64,000 nt of DNA, from contig DATIPD010000006.1 in assembly GCA_035472495.1 (NCBI GenBank), forward strand, positions 37,312 to 101,311, given 5' to 3'. The notes below the pieces were generated by a model. It was not told where the DNA came from and searched no databases. It worked only from the letters and a program-made list of their open reading frames with translations. The DNA is from Pyrinomonadaceae bacterium. GTDB lineage: Bacteria; Acidobacteriota; Blastocatellia; Pyrinomonadales; Pyrinomonadaceae. Shown here piece by piece: positions 20,128 through 28,593 of this stretch; position 1 is the stretch's first letter; each line of letters opens with the position of its first letter. The translations under genes and the position numbers were made by a program.

Positions 20128-20928
20128 CTAGTTGTTGCCTTCTTCGATTATTTTAACTTTAGGGAGCGCACCAGATTTCAAGATCAAAGCAATATCTTCC
20201 GCTGACTGCCTGGTGAAGCGTCCGGAGATCTCGCCCTGATCGTTTATTTGGCTTTTGATAAAGGCGACGGATTTGATCTCGCCGTTGTAGATCACCGCGA
20301 CATATTCACTAATGTGCGCGCCGGTCCAGGCGCCAAACTTTTCCGCTCCTTCTGGTCTTAACGAAAACGCGATGGTGTACTCGTCGGGATTGGAACCAGC
20401 AACGGCAGTGGCGTTGCGCAAGTCGCCGCTCGCAACAATTGCGGGAGCTTCAACAACTCCCCAACGCCGTTCTCTGGCGTCGGCCGGCGCGTGCTGTCGT
20501 TCAGTGTAGGGCAGTACTAGCCGATTCGGGAGAGGCTTGCCACCGAACGAAGCGAGTGCCGCTTCTTTCGAGTCATACAATTTGGCCGGCGCTGGACTTG
20601 GAGGACTTACCAGATGACTGATTTCCAGCTGTCCCTCAGAACTCAACAGGCTTTTCAAACGTTCGCGGTCTGAAACGTTGGGAAGGCTAACTAATATCCG
20701 CCCGTTCGGGAGCGGCTTCACGTCATAATTAGAAAGACCAAGCGCGCTCAAACGGCTATCCAGTGTTGTGACCGCGTGATTTGTTGCCGCCTCACGATCT
20801 GGAACTTCCTGGTCGATCTCCAGAGTGACGTGCCAATCAAACGGTTGATGACGGTGTAACAACGTGCAGGCCATAACCGGGACGGCCAGGAATACGAGCG
20901 CCGCATGAGTGAGCGGTCTGAGCTTCAT
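20128..20928 (-). CDS. secreted protein resembling the SecD periplasmic P1-head domain (no TM core)
   Basis: Signal/anchor helix, then LDSRLSALGLSNYDVKPLPNGRILVSLPNV and VAVIYNGEIKSVAFIKSQINDQGEISGRFTRQSAEDIALILKSGALP. Both mirror SecD P1 motifs. Confidence 0.5.
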   Translation of the reverse strand: MKLRPLTHAALVFLAVPVMACTLLHRHQPFDWHVTLEIDQEVPDREAATNHAVTTLDSRLSALGLSNYDVKPLPNGRILVSLPNVSDRERLKSLLSSEGQLEISHLVSPPSPAPAKLYDSKEAALASFGGKPLPNRLVLPYTERQHAPADARERRWGVVEAPAIVASGDLRNATAVAGSNPDEYTIAFSLRPEGAEKFGAWTGAHISEYVAVIYNGEIKSVAFIKSQINDQGEISGRFTRQSAEDIALILKSGALPKVKIIEEGNN

Positions 20929-21329
20929 CAGTCGAGTACAGCCACTGCTTCAATTTCCACTTGAGCGTTGTCGTCCACCAAAGCTTTCACTTCAACCAGC
21001 GCCATGGCGGGAAAGTGTTTTCCCATGTGCGCGCGATAACACTGGCCCACTTCATCGCGTCGGGACACGTAAGCCTGTTTGTTTGTCACATAGATAGTCA
21101 GGCGCGCAATCTGATCAGGACGACCGCCGGCGGCGGTTACCACGGTGACGACGTTAGCAAGCGTGCGATCGAATTGCGCGACAAAATCGTTACTGACAAC
21201 GATGCGGTTTTCATCCCACGCGATTTGGCCGGCTACGAAAAGCAGCTTGCCGCCTGGCTCAGCTAGCACGCCGTTGGAGTAACCGCGTGGTGCGCCCAGC
21301 GACTCCGGGTTGATTAGTTTGAAAGTCAT
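20928..21329 (-). CDS. RidA (YjgF/L-PSP) family enamine/imine deaminase
   Basis: 133 aa with a RidA-family pattern (GYSNGV, VAGQIAWD, PAMALVEV). Confidence 0.85.
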   Translation of the reverse strand: MTFKLINPESLGAPRGYSNGVLAEPGGKLLFVAGQIAWDENRIVVSNDFVAQFDRTLANVVTVVTAAGGRPDQIARLTIYVTNKQAYVSRRDEVGQCYRAHMGKHFPAMALVEVKALVDDNAQVEIEAVAVLD

Positions 21330-21361
21330 TTTGATTTGAGAAGTAGATTACTTCCGAAACC

Positions 21362-21532
21362 GCCAAGACGCCAAGAACGCCAAGAGATTATCCGCAGATT
21401 ACACCGATTATAGGAATTTCAAACAGCAAAGGAGCTAGCGGAAAACCAGGCCGCAAGAATACCGGCAAGATTAACTTTGCTGTCGATCTGAGTAATCTGC
21501 GAATAATCTCCTGGCGCTGATGGCGTCTTGGC
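21362..21532. repeat. Fam-J large inverted repeat (GCCAAGA/GCAGATTA words)
   Basis: Arm GCCAAGACGCCAAGAACGCCAAGAGATTATCCGCAGATTAC and inverted arm GTAATCTGCGAATAATCTCCTGGCGCTGATGGCGTCTTGGC, separated by about 90 nt. Confidence 0.65.
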
Positions 21533-21540
21533 AATTAGCA

Positions 21541-21574
21541 AAACAAAAAGGGCCGCCGTCAGCAACGGTGGCCC
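21541..21574 (-). terminator. Rho-independent terminator of the TlpA-like gene
   Basis: 10-bp stem GGGCCGCCGT/ACGGTGGCCC. On the minus strand it is followed by TTTTTGTTT. Confidence 0.7.
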
Positions 21575-21598
21575 TTTGAGTCAAGCTTGAGTCAAGAA

Positions 21599-22129
21599 TT
21601 AATCAAGCACCTGGTCGAGTCGAGAAGCGAGCTGGCCGGCCAGGTTGCCGTTCGGATCGAGCCCGCCAATTGCGTCGCCGGCGTTGCCATGTTTGTCGAT
21701 GATGATGAAGGAGGGCAGCTGGTCGACGCCAAGTTTTTTGGAAGTCGTACCATCCGGATCGCGAAGCACGGTCACCTTCAGACCATACTTAGTGGCGAAC
21801 GCCCGCAGCTGGTCGTCACTCGCAAAGTTCTTCGACTTCGCGTCTTCCGATTCAGTGCTCACCCAGTAGACGACAACGCCGCGGTCGCTGTATTCGTCGG
21901 CCAATTTCCGCACGCCTTGCAACTGGGTTTTCGACAGCGGCAGCCAGGAGGCGCCAAATGCCAGCACCACAACTTCGCCGCGCAGGCTGTCAGAAGTGAT
22001 GTGCTGACCGTCGATTGAGCGCAGGGAAAACTCGACCGGCACTCCGCCGCGGTTCTGGGCCAACGCCATCGAAGTGCCCAGCAAAACCAGTAGGAACATT
22101 GCCAATAGGGATTTGGAATTTCTCAGCAT
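21599..22129 (-). CDS. TlpA/redoxin-like thioredoxin-fold protein lacking the CxxC motif
   Basis: Signal peptide and redoxin fold. The position of the usual WCxPC motif reads ASWLPLS, with no cysteines. Confidence 0.65.
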   Translation of the reverse strand: MLRNSKSLLAMFLLVLLGTSMALAQNRGGVPVEFSLRSIDGQHITSDSLRGEVVVLAFGASWLPLSKTQLQGVRKLADEYSDRGVVVYWVSTESEDAKSKNFASDDQLRAFATKYGLKVTVLRDPDGTTSKKLGVDQLPSFIIIDKHGNAGDAIGGLDPNGNLAGQLASRLDQVLD

Positions 22130-22238
22130 TTACTCTCCTTTGCCCAGATTCAAAGAACCGGGCACTGCGTTAGATGAGTGGGGCAGTGTTTTAGTTGGTC
22201 ACAGTTGCGACCGTTTCGAGGCCACCCTCGACACGTTC

Positions 22239-22928
22239 TTACGCGCTCTGAAAAGGGGAATTCGGCGGTGAAACGCCGAAAACTTCCCGGTGCAAAGCGG
22301 CGTAATCATCCCACGTGTCCATGTCGCGTGCAATCAAATTCGTTTTCACTTCAACGCGACGGACCAGCGCCTGGTGCTGGTTGAAAAAAGCTTTCAGGCC
22401 GGTATTTGGATCGAGCTGAAGCAGCTCTTCGCGGAAGCTCAGATCGACTAGCACCGGATGCCCGCCGCGTTGGTTGCACGTTGGCTTCACTAATAGCGCG
22501 CCGTTTTTCCATTCGGCAATAACTTGACGGACCACGTCTCCCGGCACTGCAGCATGGTCAACCGGATTGATGACTACGACTTTGCTCACCGCTGAAAGTG
22601 CATCGACCCCGCAGGCAATCGACGCATTCATCTCGCTGTGAGGGTCAGGATTGACGGCGAACGTCAGATCAAGATTGCGCAGTCGTTCTTTCAGTTCGGC
22701 AGCTCGCTTGTCCTGCCCGATGACGATTACGAATTGCTCAACTCCGCCGGCGCGTAGATTGTCGATGCAAGTTTCGACGACTGTTTTTGAACCAAAGGGA
22801 AGGAGGGGCTTGAACGCACCCATGCGGGACGAACGACCGGCGGCAAGGATGATGGCGGCAACGCTAAAGTCTGGAGTCGTGAGTCTGGAGTCTGGAGTCC
22901 GCGGATTTGGCAAAGGACTTTCACTCAT
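22239..22928 (-). CDS. MobA/MocA-like molybdenum cofactor nucleotidyltransferase
   Basis: AAIILAAGRSSRMGAFKPLLPFG motif (NTP_transf_3). Lies downstream of the molybdenum hydroxylase genes. Confidence 0.75.
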   Translation of the reverse strand: MSESPLPNPRTPDSRLTTPDFSVAAIILAAGRSSRMGAFKPLLPFGSKTVVETCIDNLRAGGVEQFVIVIGQDKRAAELKERLRNLDLTFAVNPDPHSEMNASIACGVDALSAVSKVVVINPVDHAAVPGDVVRQVIAEWKNGALLVKPTCNQRGGHPVLVDLSFREELLQLDPNTGLKAFFNQHQALVRRVEVKTNLIARDMDTWDDYAALHREVFGVSPPNSPFQSA

Positions 22929-22967
22929 CTTGGAAACGCTTGAACTCCATACTGGAGACTCACGACG

Positions 22968-23957
22968 CTAGACTAGTTCTTGCAGTGCTTTGATCGTGTA
23001 CTGTCTGGCCATTTGCTTGCGCCAGTTCATCACGAAGTCAGTGTTGTCGAGCGGGCGGGCTTTGATGTAGGCGGCTTCGGCGGCGGCTTGAATGTGATCA
23101 GTATCGAACGGCTGACCGATCAATGCCTGGTTCGCCTCGATGATGTTGAGCGGCGAAGGCGCAATGCCGCCGAGGATGATTTTTGCATCAGCGACGACGC
23201 GGTCGCTTCCGGTTCCGACATCCTTGATCCATGCCGCCACGCCCAGCACGGGAAAATCAAAGGCGCCCCGGCGACGCAGTTTTTGATACGACGCACGCCA
23301 GCCGTTGAGCGCGGGCAGATGAATATCGACTAGCAACTCGTCGGGTCGCTTCTTCAGGTAGTCGATCCCGTCGTCGTTGTAGAAACCGGCGGCATCGATC
23401 ATGCGTTCACCCAGAGTGGACAGCAGACGAAACTTCGCGCCAATCGCCACCATCACGGGGACTAAATCAGACGATTGCACTGCCCAGCATTTCGAGCTGC
23501 CCGGTGCTACCCAACAAACATCGCCGTCTTTTTTCAAACAGAAGTTAATGCCTTTGCGCCATTCGTAGTTCTGATCGTAGTAGTTACAGCGCGTATCGAG
23601 CAGCAGATTGCCGCCGATAGTGCCCATGTTGCGGAGGATGGGCGTCGAGATTGTGCGCGCTGCTTGAGCGATGACCGGATAGTCGCGCAGGATGATTGGG
23701 TGTTCGACGATGTCGGTGAGCGTTACGGAAGCGCCGATCCGAATTCCCGATTTGCCATCGCCAGTTATCTGGTTCAACTCCGGAACGCGCATCACGGAAA
23801 TCACTGTGCGCGGCGTCTGCTGCCGGCGCTTCATGTTGGGATAGAGATCGGTTCCCCCGGCGACAAACTGTGCGGTCGGCCCAACGTCGCCGACAATCTT
23901 CACCGCTTCCGCGATGGTGCGCGGCACGCGGTATTCAAATTTGGGCAGACGCATCAT
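22968..23957 (-). CDS. molybdenum-hydroxylase FAD-binding subunit with four-Cys insertion (4-hydroxybenzoyl-CoA reductase beta-like)
   Basis: CoxM/XdhB-type FAD domain (AGGTDLYPNMK) plus the insertion C-x15-C-x7-C-x8-C (CNYYDQNYEWRKGINFCLKKDGDVCWVAPGSSKC). Confidence 0.85.
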   Translation of the reverse strand: MMRLPKFEYRVPRTIAEAVKIVGDVGPTAQFVAGGTDLYPNMKRRQQTPRTVISVMRVPELNQITGDGKSGIRIGASVTLTDIVEHPIILRDYPVIAQAARTISTPILRNMGTIGGNLLLDTRCNYYDQNYEWRKGINFCLKKDGDVCWVAPGSSKCWAVQSSDLVPVMVAIGAKFRLLSTLGERMIDAAGFYNDDGIDYLKKRPDELLVDIHLPALNGWRASYQKLRRRGAFDFPVLGVAAWIKDVGTGSDRVVADAKIILGGIAPSPLNIIEANQALIGQPFDTDHIQAAAEAAYIKARPLDNTDFVMNWRKQMARQYTIKALQELV

Positions 23958-23990
23958 AAAGATTTTGTTTGTTCAGGACACCGACACGCG

Positions 23991-24446
23991 CTAGAGCGTT
24001 TTGTAAACTCTGCTCAGCTCGCCAAAGAATTCGGTACGGCGCATTTCGAGATCACCTTTGTAAGACTCCATTTTCTCCAAACTAATTGCCCGCGCAAGGA
24101 TCAGATCAGTTTTGTAACAGAGGATGTTCTCTCCATATTCTCTTAGAAGCTTTCGACCTGTTTCGTCCCCCAGAAGAATCAGTTTTGGTTCAGCGCTCGA
24201 CAATTGGTTGAATCCATCAGTTAGTTCTTCTCTTAGTTGCTCAAGCTTGTTATTTGCGGTTTCTTTAGTTTCCGTCGGCCATGCACGCTCGGTCCAGTTG
24301 AAGGCATATGCCCAATGCCTGAGAGCAAGTTGATGAAAAGTGGCCACTTCTAGCGACACGAGCTCCAACATTTCTCGCTGTCGCTGAAGACGCTCCTTTT
24401 CTATCGTCTGACGGTGATTGGCTCGGGTTAAGAAATAAGTCGTCAC
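23991..24446 (-). CDS. hypothetical protein
   Basis: 151-aa ORF with a GTG start and a helical, coiled-coil-like sequence. A hydrophobic segment lies just upstream in frame, so the start is uncertain. Confidence 0.35.
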   Translation of the reverse strand: MTTYFLTRANHRQTIEKERLQRQREMLELVSLEVATFHQLALRHWAYAFNWTERAWPTETKETANNKLEQLREELTDGFNQLSSAEPKLILLGDETGRKLLREYGENILCYKTDLILARAISLEKMESYKGDLEMRRTEFFGELSRVYKTL

Positions 24447-24545
24447 GCCACTGATGATCGCCCCGAGGCCAATTTGACTGCCGTGTCCAATATTTCGAGT
24501 TTAGTCACCATGCATTATTCCAAGGTCAGCGCGAAAACTGATGAG

Positions 24546-24712
24546 TCACGAATGCACAGCGACGCAGACCCATATCTTTCCCGTCGCCACCTTCCGTAGG
24601 TGTCAATACACGTAGGGTTCCGCCAGTAAACTGACGGAACAGCGCCTGGTCCAAAACGTCCGTTGCGGCTTTTTTCTGTTTAGGCAATGCAGGTAATCAG
24701 GCATATTCCTGC
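24546..24712 (-). pseudogene. degenerate duplicate of the 3' end of the Mo-subunit gene
   Basis: By eye, about 75% identical to 26040-26210 (e.g. the shared TCTTTCCCGTCGCCACCTTC). Encodes ...LRVLTPTEGGDGKDM..., then loses frame through small indels. Confidence 0.7.
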
Positions 24713-24718
24713 GTTCAT

Positions 24719-25177
24719 TCAGGCTCTTTTCTTCTCGTCAATTTTCAACTCTGGATGTCGCGCGAGAAAGCCCCCACGCTTCATCTTATATCGGCCGGGT
24801 TTGAGCATGTCATCGTCTGTCCAGCCGCGCTTTAAACCTGCGGCGTAGTCCTTTTCCGTAACGACGAGTTCAATCTCTTGCGACTTGGGTTTGGATTTCT
24901 CACTTTTCTTGTTCTTCATATGCCTTTCTTTCTGCAGATGTCGGTGGCCGCGCAGAATTATCCGAATGACGTCGCCGATTCGTTCGGCAAAGACGACGAA
25001 CAACATTCGCCTTGTGGAGTATCCGATAATGAAAAAGCGCCGGTCATTAAATGCATATTTTGCGTCTTGGCCTTCCACGGCGGTCGGGTCGTAGAAGACC
25101 TCTGTCGCCTCGCCGAAACTGACGCGGTGTTTCTTGAAGTTCGCAGTAGCCTTTCTGTCGTCCCATTCAAATCGCAA
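24719..25177 (-). CDS. BrnT-family (DUF497) toxin with about 55-aa Lys-rich C-terminal extension
   Basis: MRFEWDDRKATANFKKHRVSFGEATEVFYDP...VIRII is typical of BrnT. The ORF continues well past the usual end of the domain. Confidence 0.7.
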   Translation of the reverse strand: MRFEWDDRKATANFKKHRVSFGEATEVFYDPTAVEGQDAKYAFNDRRFFIIGYSTRRMLFVVFAERIGDVIRIILRGHRHLQKERHMKNKKSEKSKPKSQEIELVVTEKDYAAGLKRGWTDDDMLKPGRYKMKRGGFLARHPELKIDEKKRA

Positions 25178-25337
25178 ACCTTACACCCTTCATGATCTCT
25201 TCCTCACGAATCCACGGCCACGCTCGGCATGTCCGTCTCAGGCGAACGTGGATCAATCGGCCTTACCATTTATCTGATAATGATCACCACCGTCATCGAG
25301 CCCTTTGTCCGCGTCTCTTTCGTCTAGCAGTGTCAAC

Positions 25338-25451
25338 TTAGCGACGAAACTGTTTTGCGTAGATACCACGCCCGATAAATTTGAGTTTGCTCAGGTCGTA
25401 CTCTGGTCGCATTTCGTCGTCGTCCTCTGCCACCAACCGTTTCTTTTTCAT
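25338..25451 (-). pseudogene. truncated/frameshifted antitoxin-like ORF
   Basis: 37 codons (MKKKRLVAEDDDEMRPEYDLSKLKFIGRGIYAKQFRR). The RPEYDxSKxK..G.Y motif resembles small TA antitoxins. The expected continuation (LLDERDADKG...) lies in another frame. Confidence 0.35.
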
Positions 25452-25453
25452 AG

Positions 25454-26020
25454 CTAAGCGTGAACGGCAATGCCGAAGAATTTGCTTCCAACCAAAGCTT
25501 TAATCTTGATCAGTGGCTGATCGGGATGATCCGGGTTTGGTACCAGGCGAAGATTGGTGCAGTCGACCAGCAGATCGACCGTCTCCAGCACCGTTTGTCC
25601 AATCAAAACTTCCGAACCAAGCACCAGCATCTCTTCCGTGGTGCGACGTCCCATAATGTTGATGCCGACCATTTCCGAGACGCCAACTTCTTCGCGCGAG
25701 TCATTGGCGTAAACAGCACGTGCCGTTCTCACAACTTCCAATCCTAAATGCTGAAGTACCTGAACCGGCAACACGGAGCGAATCGCCCCTGTATCAACTA
25801 GCGCCGTTGTCTCGTAATAACGAATCTGATCCGACGTGAGCAGTCCTCGCCGAACCAATGCTTCGTCGGCGCCGTTGACTAGCTTCACTTGAGCTCTGAC
25901 TTCACCCATGAGCGCGTACACCTCGCTAGCATGCTTCACAATTTCGGGAATGGTCCGAATTGTGCGGACATGGCTCACAGAGCGCAATGTCGAGACTTCT
26001 AATCGCGTTTTCTTTTCCAT
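25454..26020 (-). CDS. retropepsin-like (clan AA) aspartic protease
   Basis: ALVDTGA catalytic motif and an MGEVRAQVKLVN...ALVRRGLL N-terminal pattern. The start is M22 (26020) or M59 (25909) of the track ORF. Confidence 0.6.
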   Translation of the reverse strand: MEKKTRLEVSTLRSVSHVRTIRTIPEIVKHASEVYALMGEVRAQVKLVNGADEALVRRGLLTSDQIRYYETTALVDTGAIRSVLPVQVLQHLGLEVVRTARAVYANDSREEVGVSEMVGINIMGRRTTEEMLVLGSEVLIGQTVLETVDLLVDCTNLRLVPNPDHPDQPLIKIKALVGSKFFGIAVHA

Positions 26021-26039
26021 GCAAATTCTCTGGCAGTGA

Positions 26040-28493
26040 CTACGAATGCACGGCCACGCTGGGCATCTCTTTCCCGTCGCCACCTTCAGCTGGTGTCAAC
26101 ACCCGCAGCGGCTCCGGCCAGTCGACTGACGGCACCGCGCCGGGGCCAAAGCGTCCGTCGCGGCCTTTATCTTTTTCACGTAGCGCTTTCAAAACTTTCT
26201 CAGGTGTAATCGGCACTTCATCAATGCGCACACCGACGGCGTCGTAAACCGCATTAGCCACCGCCGGCGGCACCGGCAACAACGGGCCTTGTCCAACTTC
26301 CTTCGCACCGTAGGGCCCATTCGGATCCGGATCCTCGATCAAGTACGTCTTAACGTCGCACATTTCCATCGTGGTTGGGCTCTTATACTCAAGCATCGAC
26401 GGAAACTTGTGCACTACATTTCGGTTGGCGCGGTACGTCATTTCTTCCATCAGGACTTCGCCGAGACCCATGTACACGCTGCCCTCGACCTGTCCCATCA
26501 CCAGCATCGGATTGATCGACTTGCCGATGTCGTGCGCAATCCAGATTCGTTCGACGACGACGATCCCGGTATCACGATCGACGTCGACTTCCGCGATCGC
26601 TGCCGAGTAACTGTAAGCCGGCGACGGGCCCACGCCGGCGCCTTTGAATCTTCCCGGCGAACGCGGCGGTGAATAGGAACCAACCGTTCCGATCGTGCCA
26701 AACTTTGATTCCGCCAACACAACCGCTTCGGCAAAAGAAACGGCAACTTCCGGGTTTTCGACATCGAACGCGCGGCGTTCAGCAAGGCCTACATTTTCAA
26801 CGGGTACGCCCAGCTTTTCCGCGACTGCCAGCACCAGCAATTCGCGGGCACGCTCAGCGGCCTGGATCGCTGCGTTGCCGGTCATCAGTGTGACCCGACT
26901 GGAATAACTACCAAGGTCAACCGGCGTCAGATCTGTGTCTGCAGTGATCACGCGAATGTCGAACGGATCGATGCCGAGTACTTCGGCGACGATGTAAGCG
27001 AGAATCGAATCCGAACCCTGGCCGATGTCTGTCGAACCGCACATCACACAAACGCCACCCTGACGATCAAGTCGCAACTGAACGCCGGACTGCGGCATGT
27101 TGTTCCAGTAGATCGGCAGTCCCGCGCCGCAAATGTACGAGCTGCAGGCGATGCCGATGCCTTTGCCGTCAGGAAGTTTGCGATTGTTGAAGTCCCAACC
27201 CGAAAACTTACTCTTCCAATCAGAGCCCGCGACGATTTTGTCGAGGCACGCACCCAGACCCATGCTGCCAATGCGTAAATAATTCGCCGTCACGGTATTC
27301 GGTTTGACGAGGTTCGCCCGTCGCATGGCAGCCGGATCGAGTTTTAGTTCTTCCGCGATTTTGTCGAGTTGCACTTCCAGCGCGTAACGAGGCTGCGGCG
27401 TTCCGTGTCCACGCTTTGGCCCGCACGGCGGCTTGTTAGTGAACGCGCGCAGTCCCTGGAATTTGTAGCGAGGCACTTCGTACGTCACCGTTTGCAGCGC
27501 GCCCGTGTAGAAGGTGCTGGCAACGCCGTAACTTCCATAGGCGCCGCCATCGAGGAACGACTGAAAATGCATTCCGGTGATCGCGCCGTCTTTTGTGACG
27601 CCGGTTTTGATGTTCATCAACACCGGATGGCGTCCGCGGTGGCAGTAGAAAACTTCTTCGCGGGTGAGTGTCACCTTCACCGGGCGACCGGTAATCATCG
27701 AGAGTTTGCAAACGATAACTTCGTGATTGAACGGATCGCTCTTGCCGCCAAAGCCGCCACCGTTTGGCGTAGCAATCACGCGGATGTGGCTGGCGGGCAA
27801 CTGCAAAACTTTTGCGAGCGCGCGATGAACGTAATGAGGCGTTTGGGTGGAACTCCAGAGAGTGATCTTGCCGTCGGGATCAAAATTGCCGATGGCGGCG
27901 TGTTGCTCCATCGGCAAGTGAGTGTTGCCTTCGTAGAAAAAGATGTCTTCGCGAATTAGATCGGCGGCGGCGAAACCTTCCTCGATGTTCCCAAATTCCA
28001 GCGAGACTTTCTTGTGGATGTTGGCTTCGTCGCCGTACTCGTGAATCCGTGGTTCGTCAATGAGAATGGCTTCGTCAATTGACGAGATAGTTTGCAGCGG
28101 TTCGTATTCGACTTCGATCAGATTCATCGCGTCGAAAGCGACGTCTTCATCAACGGCTGCGACCGCCGCTACCGGATCACCAATGAACCGAACCTTGTCG
28201 GTGCAGAGTGCGTGTTCGTCCTGGCTGACCGGAAGAATTCCATAGGAGATGGGGAGATCTTTGCCGGTGATAATCGCAAAAACGCCCGGCAAAGCTGCTG
28301 CTTTGGAAACATCGATGTTTTTGATGAGCGCGTGGGGCAGGTGACTGCGCAAGATCTTGCAGGCGAGCATGCGCGGCAGCACGATGTCGTCGGCAAACCT
28401 GGTTTGCCCGGTACACTTCGCGCGCGCGTCAACCTTGCGGAAAGGTTTGCCGACTACGTTAAGCGGTTTCTTGTTGTTTCCGTTCGTGGTCAT
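26040..28493 (-). CDS. molybdopterin-binding large subunit of a xanthine-dehydrogenase-family hydroxylase/reductase (HcrA-like)
   Basis: 817 aa with aldehyde oxidase/XDH a/b-hammerhead and MoCo-binding domains (GGGFGGK, AHDIGKSINP, GAKEVGQGP). Confidence 0.9.
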   Translation of the reverse strand: MTTNGNNKKPLNVVGKPFRKVDARAKCTGQTRFADDIVLPRMLACKILRSHLPHALIKNIDVSKAAALPGVFAIITGKDLPISYGILPVSQDEHALCTDKVRFIGDPVAAVAAVDEDVAFDAMNLIEVEYEPLQTISSIDEAILIDEPRIHEYGDEANIHKKVSLEFGNIEEGFAAADLIREDIFFYEGNTHLPMEQHAAIGNFDPDGKITLWSSTQTPHYVHRALAKVLQLPASHIRVIATPNGGGFGGKSDPFNHEVIVCKLSMITGRPVKVTLTREEVFYCHRGRHPVLMNIKTGVTKDGAITGMHFQSFLDGGAYGSYGVASTFYTGALQTVTYEVPRYKFQGLRAFTNKPPCGPKRGHGTPQPRYALEVQLDKIAEELKLDPAAMRRANLVKPNTVTANYLRIGSMGLGACLDKIVAGSDWKSKFSGWDFNNRKLPDGKGIGIACSSYICGAGLPIYWNNMPQSGVQLRLDRQGGVCVMCGSTDIGQGSDSILAYIVAEVLGIDPFDIRVITADTDLTPVDLGSYSSRVTLMTGNAAIQAAERARELLVLAVAEKLGVPVENVGLAERRAFDVENPEVAVSFAEAVVLAESKFGTIGTVGSYSPPRSPGRFKGAGVGPSPAYSYSAAIAEVDVDRDTGIVVVERIWIAHDIGKSINPMLVMGQVEGSVYMGLGEVLMEEMTYRANRNVVHKFPSMLEYKSPTTMEMCDVKTYLIEDPDPNGPYGAKEVGQGPLLPVPPAVANAVYDAVGVRIDEVPITPEKVLKALREKDKGRDGRFGPGAVPSVDWPEPLRVLTPAEGGDGKEMPSVAVHS

Positions 28494-28502
28494 GAAAAAT
28501 AT

Positions 28503-28592
28503 TAGCCGCGGATTTACGCGGTCAAACGCGGATCTGAAAGCTGCTAGAAAAGATCTGCGGATTCGCGGAGATCCGCGTTAATCCGCGGCTGA
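28503..28592. repeat. Fam-J (CCGCGGAT/GCGGATCT) palindromic element
   Basis: Arms TAGCCGCGGATTTACGCGGTCAAACGCGGATCTG and AGATCTGCGGATTCGCGGAGATCCGCGTTAATCCGCGGCTGA, between the Fe-S and Mo subunit genes. Confidence 0.65.
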
Positions 28593-28593
28593 T

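Noticed and set aside
26021-26083. Longest form of the aspartic-protease ORF (start at 26083) and the longest HNH ORF (start at 51249).
   Set aside because: The first overlaps the 3' end of the Mo-subunit gene and encodes a Cys/Arg-rich non-homologous leader. The second starts inside a Fam-A repeat arm, whereas the ATG at 51300 has a GAAGGGAGG RBS.
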